Source: Trichosphaerium sp. ATCC 40318
Taxonomy: Eukaryota; Protista; Tubulinea
Assembly (NCBI GenBank): GCA_038496445.1
Contig: JALMLS010000473.1
Location: forward strand, 2,156-66,155
DNA: 64,000 nucleotides
Direction: 5' to 3'
Made by a program: the position numbers and the translations under genes. The notes under the pieces were generated by a model, which was not told the DNA's origin, did no database searches, and saw only the letters and a program-made list of their open reading frames with translations. Each line of letters begins with the position of its first letter. Position 1 is the first letter of the stretch. Shown here one piece after another: positions 53,276-64,000 of the stretch.

Positions 53276-53868
53276 TTATTTACATTTTAATCTGTCATAT
53301 CCGTTATTGAATAGTACCACGACTTGACGTTCAATATTGCCTCCTTGTTTCTTGCCCTTGATATAGGTACAATGTTCCACCAATTCACCATTAATCTGCC
53401 ATGACTTGTATTCTCCTTCACGTTCCCCATTAACAAAATTACATTTCATCTCAAGCTGACCATTTGTGGTGTACCAACTCTTGTACTCTCCATCTCGTTT
53501 GTCATTAATATAGTACGCTTGCTCAACCAACGTAGGCTTATTTCCCATATGCATATGCCAGCACTTGTGTTGTCCATGTTTTTTACCACAACTCCATAGC
53601 TCGTGTTTAATATGGTATTTTGCATTTTGAATCCACTTTCCATGTTTGTTCAACTCGCTATCAAACCTCGTAGACATTGCTGCTCGTTTCGATAATACAG
53701 GCAACTTTATGTATATTTCTTCGTCTAAATCCATGATATCTAACTGCAATTCCACTGGAAGTTGTAATAGACCAAGTAACTCTTGTTGCTGTACAAGTAT
53801 CTATAAACAATTTAGTAATGTATCAATACCTTTTTGCTTTAAACACGTACCCTACGTTTTATTGACAT
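53276..53868 (-). CDS. F-box-like + MORN-variant repeat protein, short paralog (1 intron)
   Basis: MSIKRR/ILVQQQELLGLLQLPVELQLDIMD..KHGKW..NGEREGEYKSW. Confidence 0.8.
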
Positions 53869-54142
53869 TGTTTAAACTAGTATTACCTTGTTTAATAGAT
53901 AAATAGGTAGTTGATACAACAGTTATTTTTGGATGACAAACGTTGCACTGTCTGAGATTGTTTCGTGATATTAACTTAACATAATTACTACTTAAGTTGA
54001 CGTATTCTTTAAAAAGTATGCTTTGTTTACCCACGTGATTCGAATGAAAGACAGTGTTTTGTGAATACATACTCATGTCAAAGAAGGTTGGTCTTTGCTT
54101 GGAAATGAGTTTTATTGGAGGTGAGAGCAGTAAATCAACAAT

Positions 54143-54475
54143 TTACTTTTTCTCTTGCGGCGGCATCGCTTTTGGCGACGGCTTTTTTGTTTTAAGGCTT
54201 AGTTTTGATTTACCAGAAGTCCTGTGCTTCATACGCGTCGGTTTTGCAAGGTTGTCTCCTGATTTACCAGATGTCTGATGAGACATACGACGCCGTAGAG
54301 GTCTTGGTTTGGGTTTTGGGTTAACTTGACCAAAAACGTCTTCTCCTGATTTGCCAGATGTGCGGTGCGCCATACGCTTCACGTTACGTCTCCTGTTGTC
54401 CTTTGGGGCCACAACTTTATCACGCACTTTACCGGACGTATAGTGCGCCATACGCCTTACTGGTGGGTTAGACAT
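54143..54475 (-). CDS. Small basic protein with four RMxHxTSGK motifs
   Basis: RRMAHYTSGK, KRMAHRTSGK, RRRMSHQTSGK, TRMKHRTSGK; paralog of 16656-16934. Confidence 0.8.
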   Translation of the reverse strand: MSNPPVRRMAHYTSGKVRDKVVAPKDNRRRNVKRMAHRTSGKSGEDVFGQVNPKPKPRPLRRRMSHQTSGKSGDNLAKPTRMKHRTSGKSKLSLKTKKPSPKAMPPQEKK

Positions 54476-54804
54476 CCTAGATAGTACGTTGAGAGCTACT
54501 GTAATTTTCACAGCCAAAACCGTAAACCGAATGACCGTTTAAGTTATGCCAACTATCACGTGACTGTTGTTTTGTTAACCCAAAGACAAAAAAGTAGTGC
54601 AAGCACACGCAAGGACGGCCCCTTCGCATCAAAAAGTAGGTTCGACATTTCACTTGATTTCTCTACGTTAATGTGCAGCACACTTATTTAATACCAAGGT
54701 AACTTTAACAGCATCCCTGTAAATGATTATTTTATTATTGTAGATGATGTAGTTAGAGATGGTATTGGAAACTGAAATCATCTCTAACAATGACAAGTAC
54801 AACC

Positions 54805-55569
54805 TTATAATTTGCCCAAGTACTCAACAATATCACTATGTCCGTTCACACGAGCAATATCGATAGCAGTAGCACCATCGAGGTGATGCATTGGTACGTT
54901 GACATCGAGGTCTACAACAAAAATCACGTTTTGAATTTCTTTCAAAAAAAAGAAGCAAACTGTACCATTCACATTTTCTACGAGGTATTTTACTACTTCT
55001 AAGCTACCTCCAAGGCAAGCCCACTGTAGTGGCGTACCACCAAAACCAATAACTTGCTTTGTAGCGGCTGAAGGATGGTATACACCAAGTTCAGTGTTAA
55101 AGGCAATTGTAGCAGTGTAAGGTTCATGGTAGTTGCCTAAACGAGCGTAAAAATGGAGTTTTAAGGCCTCGTTTATGGTTCGTACCATAAAAGATCCAAT
55201 CGTTGTACACATGTGGTTTGTTTGGGTCTGTGTACGAAGCGGAATCTTTGTCTAGAAGGTCAGAGCGTTGCTTCGCTACCAATTCAACCAAACCTAAGCG
55301 TGTAAATAACGGAGTGTAATACGCGCAGGTAGGTCTTTTAAGTATTTAGCATGCCTTTGAAGCATTGTTTGACGATTGACCTTGCAAAGCGTTAGCGCAC
55401 GACGGACGCTCGTTAAAACGTACTCTGGCTTTGTTACGCCTGGTGTAAGCGACGTGAATGGTTTTGACGTCTAAAAGTAAGGATAAGCTTTCTTTTGTTC
55501 GTTTTATCAATTACTGTTGGTTTACCTCCACTGCTGCCATAGTTGTTTGCCGTTTTGTAAAGGCTCCAT
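54805..55569 (-). CDS. Ankyrin-repeat protein (multi-exon; 5' end uncertain)
   Basis: GGTPLQWACLGGSLEVVKYLVEN; GATAIDIARVNGHSDIVEYL. Confidence 0.75.
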
Positions 55570-56053
55570 TTGTTAACTGAATTATATTTAACCAGCTGTC
55601 ATTCATCACCACTTGTTGTTTCAGTCAAGATCGACATAGCCCTTCTTGTTTTAGGTGTTTCAATTCACCTGATTTTTTTCAATTGGTTCGTTTCATAACC
55701 TCACCTCATATTTTATAAAATGGTTGCTATCAAGTCAATTTTTCAACATTGGTACATGTGATGCTCATAGTGATCGAACTTTTGGGAATATCGATTATCT
55801 TTTTTGTTGATTATCTAGTTTATAATCTTCTCATGTCGAAATCGTTTCTCTTCCTTATTGAGGACTGGTTACGCCTTTAATACACGACGTGTATTTCGGA
55901 GGAATGCCTTAGCAAGACTGGACAAGTAAATATTAAGTAAGAGGTAAAAATCCAAATCGGGAATAGCAACGACGTGCAATAGCGTAAGTAATAACGCAAC
56001 GCAAATATGACTATTCACGCCATATACTAGCTCGTACGGTATTTATAAAACAA

Positions 56054-58766
56054 ATGAAGCGCAACCTTACAACTTTTGTTTACGTACCTACTTAGTTCTA
56101 TTCGCTATATGTACTGCTCACGTACACAGTGCACATGAAGAACTTGACGGTAAATAGGTTTTCGTACTTTTACCTTTTTAGAATTGAATTCGATTGATAT
56201 TTATTCTACACGCATTGTAATAGTCGTAACCTTTGTTTTAGGGTTTGTTTGTGGTGAAAATTTTAAACATACTGAAATAGAGTATGACGAACCTCCAGTA
56301 CCAACAACTCATTCAAGATCGTCTAAAAGGTATGTTTGTAATAGTTTAATATTTTATGGAGTAACTGTACACTTTACATAACATACGACGTACTAACTAT
56401 CCATAAGATCATCAGGTTCATGCATGACATTCGTTATAAACTTTGGCGCGGGTATTAACCTTGTACGCGACGTCTACTGTTTGCAGTAATACTGTGGCTC
56501 TAATCTCTCATTACTAGCCTGAAAACGCTGGTATGAAAGCAACAGTACAGCTGGGAGCTGATATATGGGTACACAATCTTTACAAAGAAATCCGTAACAA
56601 CAGTTGATAGTCATCCGCTATCATCAGCGATAGGACAATATATTTGGACATGGAGGCAAGGGATGACTTTAGTTCTTCCAGCACTATCGGTTCAGCAAGT
56701 ACTAGCGTAACATCATTTGGTGGCAATGCTCCTATTGTATTGTACGTTTTACGCTACTATTGACGCATATTTACACTTTTCAAAAGGGCTTATCTTGAAG
56801 CACATAATAATGCCACTTATCCTGCGGATATGACTGCATTCGATGGTATTCTTCCTCCTGTAAGTACTCCAAGTTTTTTTTTACAACGGTTGGCCTAGAA
56901 GTAGTAACCCGATTCAAAACCATTTTCCTGCGCGTTTTTATTACTACCTGCGCGTATACTCCCGGTACAGTTCAAATCGTTCAAATAGACCTGTAACTCT
57001 ACTTTTTTTTCCCGCACGTGTTGAAACTGCGCATTTTATGAGCGAAATGAATCGTAAGCTCATTCTGTGGAAAAAAAAAAAGTAGCATGTGAACGAATAG
57101 AACATCTGTGATTTTCCTTTTTTTCTTCTCAATCATTCTCCTTGGCTCTGTTCTTATCTTGCTCCTAGGGTTTTACAATAGACCCAACCAGAATATCGCT
57201 CACAAGAGCTAATAGAAAAGTAATCGATCCAGACTATCAAATTACCTCCACTTTTAGAGATTCATCAATTTCGTTCAATACAGAGTTTTTCTTTGATACA
57301 GACTTAAGTGATGGTCTCACAGGGGTATGTCGCATATATACAAATCCACTTGTGGTCTTTTTTTTGCTTTCTAAGCTGTTGCCAAGTGACTTCATTTGAA
57401 CTTAAAGTCGTTTTTGATCGTTTTTTTCTTAGGGTTCTATGAATTTACTTGCGGTTGTTGTTCATGAGATTGGACATGCTCTAGGTTTTACATCAGCACT
57501 TCAATCCGGTATATACACACATACTGCAAGAGCTGAGACAATAGCTAACTATCGTTGTTGTTTTAGTTGATGCTGCACTAGACGATGCAAGAAACCTAAC
57601 AAATATTCGAATGAGGCCATATGATTTAATGAGAGTTCAATTAAGTAGCAGCTCTGCATTTGAAACAGCTGATAGACAGTGGACACCTGGTACAAAGAAT
57701 GATTTAGCAGGCTTAACAGCATTAAGTTCACTAACGTTTTAAAAGGTAATGTAGCTCACTATTTCGATCCAACGTCTGATACTGTATCTACTGCAACGTA
57801 TTCCACAGGTGTTAGTCAAGGAGACGGACGACAAACTTCTCATTGGAAGGTACCAAATCAAATTTATAAAAATGCTTGAAAGACATTGTAGATAGTGCCT
57901 ACTCAATAAAACGATTTTAGGATGCTAGGGCCATAGGTATTATGGATCCTACACTTTCAAGAAATAGGATAATAGGTATATCTACCACTGACATATCAGC
58001 ACTGAGTGGAATGGGATATGTTATAAATCGTAAGTAAACCTTTCCATCTATAACAAACTCATTTTTTTTCTTCTCATTTTAGCAGCGCTAAAGCCATTTC
58101 TTGTTTATATGCAAGCAAATGAAGGTGACCCAGGTGATGAGTTTCAGATTTGGGGTTATTTCTTTTTTGGTAATGTAACTTGCGACTTTGGTATTGCTGG
58201 TTCTACTGTTGCACAGAAAGATATTGAGTCTGGGGTCATTGTATGTCAACGAACATTTTTAGTTAATTTTTATTCAATCGATTTGTTACTAGCTTTGTAC
58301 TGTTCCAAGTCCAGAAGTATCATACAATGGTACCATGGTTGTTACCTCAGATACAGGAACCTCTGACGAAAGACCATTTGTTATCAACGTTCCCTTACCA
58401 CCTCCAACAACAGAAGCACCAACACCACCAGTTATCCCCTCAACGGCTGCCCCTACAACACTTCCTCCAACAACACTTCCTCCAACAACGCTCTCACCCA
58501 CAACGGCTCCCCCTACAACACTTCCTCCAACTACACTTCCTCCAACAACGCTCTCACCCACAACGGCTGCCCCTACAACACTGCCTCCAACAACAGTGCC
58601 ACCTACAGCGCCAACGCCTGAACCTACCCAGGCTATCCCTACGCCAGCGCCGACATCACCAGTTGCGCCTTCAATAAATCGAATACGGTCTAATGCATAT
58701 CGTATATCAACAATAGCTTTGAATACTATTGTTGTATTGAATGTACTTTGTTATTTATTCTTGTAA
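56054..58766 (+). CDS. Surface zincin metalloprotease with Pro/Thr stalk and hydrophobic C-terminus (multi-exon)
   Basis: VVVHEIGHALGF (HEIGH 57463-57477); STGVSQGDGRQTSHWK/D..GIMDPT; (PTTLP)n 58440-58620; first-exon frame unresolved. Confidence 0.8.
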
Positions 58767-59179
58767 CTCCAAAAATAAAAATCTGCTATTGGAATTAGGT
58801 TCCATGTTGGTGACAACAAAATCACCTTTGCTTACGTCTTGGTACTCCAATAGATCCAAATATTCAGAGGCATTCCAATTCAATCGCTTGAGAGCAAATA
58901 AGTTGTTGAGGTCCAATGAGTGACCAACAATATAAAGGCAACTTGTAATAACATGCATTTTAGAAACAAAAAAATTCACTCTCATAGCAGCAATAGACAG
59001 CCGAGGAAATCCTCTAACGCATCCATTCTCAAGTAATTCGATTTGGAACCTTGAACTTGGCTCTGGTACTCTTTGTTTTGATCGAAAAGGAAAAACGTTT
59101 TGCATGTGCAAATTTTTTGTCAAAAAAAAGAAACATGATCAAGTGAAGTCAAACGAACTATGAATTGTGCCCCATTGTA

Positions 59180-60919
59180 ATGGATGAATTAACAATTTAC
59201 GGTTTGTCAAATCAATTACGATAGTTGTTTGTTATAATATAGCTATAGACCTTCCCATTGAGATCTACGATAGTTTTTTGAGCGAAGCAGTTGGTTCTTC
59301 GTCCACTTTAGCTGGTTTATTACCATTGCGGCTTGTTTCACGTAAATTTGAATGGGCGGTATCATCAATGCGCTTGTGGCAAGTACGACATAATTATTAT
59401 CAACTTACAGCTTCAAAATACACAATCGTCAGCAATTCACTTAAACAATGTCAACAAAACTTAATGACCTATTTTTACAGGACTTGACGAACAAATACGA
59501 GTGGAAACATAAAATAACCTTCCAAGGCAGCGTCAAAAAAATGATTGGACACAAACAATTCGTAAGTACTTGTCTAATAGAATCCCAACAACGCATTAAT
59601 GCCTCAACAAATTCTTTCTTTTTTACAAGTACTGACATCAATGATAAAATAGATCTATGCACTTGTTCATGACCACGAAGATACTGCCAATACTTGTAAA
59701 ATACACGTGATAGATACCGATAAATCAATTATTGTTAAGACAATCCCTCTTGATTTGTTATACGTCACTATGTTTGAACGCAAAGATTTATTGGATGATG
59801 ACTTGCATTTAAGTATGACTTGTCTATTTGTGTTTTATGTGCTTACTTATTACAGTTGGTATTCATTATCAGGGACGAACTAATACCCTTTATGATATTT
59901 ACTTGGATACTGGAAAGATACATAAATCTATTGTTCAGCATCAAACTTATCCGTTACAGGTAGAAGTTATTTTGTGGTTTTTTTTTGTTTTTTTGTACTC
60001 TGACTTCATTTTTTTAGCATGCTATCATGTCTAAATCGGGTGTAATTACTCTTTATTATGAGAGTTTTCCCCGCTTACCCTATGATGTTATGAATGTTAT
60101 AAATTTTGAAGATCCAGAACCGAGTGTCCATTTGGCAATGACTATACATAAAGGTGCTACTTGTGTAGGTGTTGGTACATTGGTAAATGATTCTGTGGCG
60201 GTTGTATTATCTATTTACACTTTACGCTTGGAATCACCAACGCAAGTTTTCAAAAAAGCAAAGAAGTGCATGCATGCAGAAGCAGCTTTAGGTGGGATTG
60301 TAACACCAGAAGGGGATGTGTTGTTAATTTATAGCGACAAGACTAAGATATCAAAGTTGTACAATAACTTCGATAAGGTACTCTAACATACGGATTTCTT
60401 TCCCTCTTTTGACCTTTAATCATGTGGAGTGCTTCTCTGACAAGAAAACAAACTTTTTGACAATGTAGTTAATGACGAACTGTCGAAATTCTTTTTTTTA
60501 CAGGAAGTGTATTATTTTTGTTCGTGATTTTTTCAATTGCTATTTTTGTATTTGATTGATTCATGTTGATTACGAAAAATTAGCCAAACTATACAGCTAG
60601 CGCTAGTTACACTATTATTTTCTTTTTTCTTACTTTTGGATTTCTAGTATGTCACGATAGCGATTCAAGGAAGCGATAAAATAAAGGGAAAATATACAGC
60701 AGCTGTAGCGCTAAAAACAATCTATATGCTTGTTTTGGAGAAGCAACTTATAGAAAGCTACATGGGCAAACAAGGCATCAAGAGCGTCATACAACACATC
60801 TTTATCAAATGGAATCAGTTGGCAACTTTTATGAGAGTGCAACTGAAACGCTGAAGAATCATAAACAAGACATGGAAGTGTTTCGGAATCTATTTGGAGA
60901 TGACAGTGACGATTACTAA
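59180..60919 (+). CDS. F-box protein (multi-exon)
   Basis: DLPIEIYDSFL..LPLRLVSRKFEWAV. Confidence 0.6.
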
Positions 60920-61184
60920 ATTAATGAAACTAAAAGACTTATCCACCTTACACCTAAGTGCATATTGTCTCGTTAACATGGAAACAACACATTGCGTCAT
61001 GAGTCTGAGTTTTATATTTATTGCATTTTGAGAAATCAGAAACAAATTTCATATGCAGTAAGTCACGTGTACGTATTGCTCGTAGGAGTGAAATTTTTTT
61101 TTATTGTTTGACCCTTCGCATTGTTCATCAGTTAGGTTGCAGGTAGATAATTTACATATCGCTTCTACATTAGTTCTTAACACT

Positions 61185-64000
61185 ATGACCGAACATCCTT
61201 GTTAGAATTAGCAGTTGTTAAACTAAGACCAGTAAGAACGTACATATGCACCCCAAGATCCTGTGAGTGTGCAACCAATATCATCACAGCAATTCTTACC
61301 CATTATCGCAGGTGTGTATGGACGTTCTGGCGTGACAAATCGGGATCTGATTTCTTTATACAGTCATTAAAGAAATTTCGCATTTTTTATTGTTTTTTTA
61401 GGCAGCGACCGCCTAAAATCGTCATTCTTTGTCCGATTTTGCTCTGATGACCATTTATAGAGTAATTACAGCAACTGTGGTCCTGTGCCACGTAATTTGT
61501 ACTGTCGCTTTGTTTTTGAAATTCTTTCTCTAATGCTTTAGTTTCTATGGCACTGTTTGCAGAGCCGAAATTCAATGCGTTTCTGGATGTTAGCGAAATT
61601 AAACCAGAGTTTAACACTTTTCTTGCTGCTGATGTAGCATTTGGCGTCTCAAACGCTGGTCCATCATATTTCTACGCCGTTCAAGGTAAATGTCACTTCA
61701 TTTACTTGGTTGACTTCAAAAAGGCGCAAACCAATTATCATTAGATGTAGCTACACCTACAAGTACGTAAAAGCGCCTAAAAGACTTGTAACTCAGAAAA
61801 AATTGTAAAACCGTTTAAACCCAACAAAGAAGTGTCACGGCTCATGCTTTATTACTGTACTGGCGTCTCAAGCCGTGACAACAGTACATTGATAGTTGTA
61901 GAGTTGTTTTCGTTTGGCATTTTGGGATTTTTCCCTTACAGATGTTCTAGGTTTCTTTAATGGCGAGAACATAAGTATAGGGATAAATTTTGACGATCAT
62001 ACTGGACCTGTCATCGAGTATGGTGACCAGACAGCAGCATTCGTTTACCTAAACGCAGCGGGAATGCTGTCATATAGAATAATAAGCTATTTGGTGCGGC
62101 ACCTTTTTGTTTCCTCAGTACTTGTAAACTTCTTTGTTTTTTCTCATTTTTTTCGATAATAGGAGGGTGTCTTGAACCCAGGAACGGAAAATGAGTTGAT
62201 GGATAGTACTACTAACATTGGTTTTGAGTACTTTGTTTCTTTTGATAAGTCAGCATTTTTAGGTGAGTAAACCTTCTTTCGTCTTTTTTTTGGTTTTCTT
62301 TTTTCAAGTCACCTGAAAGTCAGCACATTTTTTAGTAGAACACGGCCTCTGATGTAAGTAATTGCACTCAGATTTGATAGAAAACAAATACCTATTTTTT
62401 GGCTGTAGGATTCATTCTACTGAATATGCGGTGAGCATTTCAGAGATATTTATTCCACAGCAGTAGCAAACTTTTTATATTTTGTTGGTACTAAGATTTA
62501 ACAGAAACTGGAGCTGAAAGATTTCTTGTTTATGCGGTATTCTCCCTTTCAGATGATCCATACTATTTTTTAATTTCTAATGATACTTCACCTACTACCC
62601 GCACACTGTCTATAAGTACGATTGATTTGTTGATTCAAAGTTTTGTTAACTTGTGTCAAGATTTTCTTGATTTTCTTGATGTTCAGCAAGACATCATTCA
62701 TATGAACGCTCAAGGCTGTTTTGTAAAGCCTAATGTAGCTGATCAATCATTTTTTCATGTAATAGTATACCAGAGAGTAGACGCTTTGCTTGGATCCATT
62801 GAAGTAAGCTAAGAAAATTTTCCTGTTTTTTTCTTATTTTTATGTGCACCTTTCTTATAGTACTATAGCAGGTTGGAGTGTTACACCAAGCACAAAGTGT
62901 ACCATCTATTATAGATTTTAATAGCATATCCTTTACATCACTTGATGATACCCTATTCGCTATTGAAGTCAATGATACCAGCTTAAATATTATATCAACA
63001 AAAGTAAACTGCTCAGACAATGATACTCCCTTTCTACCATCCTCTATAAACACAGTTGATATACCTAGTATATTACCTCAAGTGACCGCTATTCTAGTAT
63101 TAGATAGCGCTATTAATATAGATTTATTAATTGTGTATGCAGAGACAGGATCAAGAGTTACAATCCAAGCGTACAATGTATGTATTGATGAAGATTTCTT
63201 TTTAACTTTACAATGATAGCATATCACAGAAGTGTTCCTTACAACATACACAACTAATACATTAAGTGCTAGTACAATAACTAAACTAAGTGCTACATTT
63301 GATAGAGTAGAGTGTGTGTAACGGTACGCATAAGTTGTTTTATTTTTTTCCACTTTTTTTTTTTTTGATTCTGACCTAACCACATTGGAAGGTTCTCGCC
63401 TTTTTTGATGATAATACAACAAATATTATCTTTTATAACGAGTCAGTTGGTGTTTTCTATTGTTCACCTCCAGCTCCAACAGAACCACCAACTACAATCG
63501 AACCTACAGCGCCACCAGTACCTACTCCAACAACGCCAACACCAACATCCCCAACTGTTGTAGTACCTACAGCAACACCAGTAACTACACCAACATCACC
63601 AACTGCCGTAGTACCTACAGTACCACCAGTATCTTCTCCAACACCAACACCAACGCTCTCAACTGTCGTAGTACCTACAGCAACACCAGTAGCTACGCCA
63701 ACATCACAAACACTAAGAAACCCATCAGCAAGAATAGTTTACACAATTATCATAGAGCAAGGTATTCCATCAGAAATTCCTTCCAATCAGACGTTTGATG
63801 ACTTAGAAGTCATATTTGTTAATGAAATAATACCTATCCCCATCACATCTTGTCCAAACATATCTCAGATTAATATATCTTTCAAAAACAAAACAACTTT
63901 CGAAGCTATCCTTGAACAAGGTAATTTCACATTGTTCAATCTTTCTGTCCAATGTTTAATCTTTGATACTATTCAAATAACAGTGACAACACCAGATAAT
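61185..64000 (+). CDS. Multi-exon probable surface protein with Pro/Thr stalk, running off-window
   Basis: Plus-strand exons with splice sites; PPVPTPTTPTPTSPT repeats ~63465-63710; start uncertain. Confidence 0.55.

Noticed and set aside
42723-54517. Endogenous giant-virus insertion
   Set aside because: No capsid, polB, packaging ATPase or other core genes; interleaved with intron-rich host genes

Overview
AT-rich, gene-dense eukaryotic nuclear DNA with short GT-AG introns (often gtacg/gtaag donors) and the standard code. Actin signatures ([35 protein letters not shown]) suggest an amoebozoan-like protist. Housekeeping genes: three actins, Rab7-like, Arf-like, TMEM135-like, MGST3-like, DUF866-like, a BAR+EH protein and a tRNA-Arg(UCU). 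They are mixed with about 10 F-box-like genes/fragments and 2 BTB/Skp1-like genes, Pro/Thr-stalked surface proteins, three bacterial-type secreted proteins and several duplications. Top observations: (1) the most canonical actin has exon 2 on the opposite strand between 8-bp inverted repeats, and flipping it restores an exact 375-aa ORF; (2) a young 1.9-kb non-autonomous LTR element (204-bp LTRs, ATACC TSD, PBS, PPT) carrying an orphan ORF; (3) two small basic proteins built of RM-x-H-x-TSGK repeats; (4) a structured 224-bp TIR element; (5) strong CACGTG enrichment. Gene models and family assignments were made by eye; no database searches were run.
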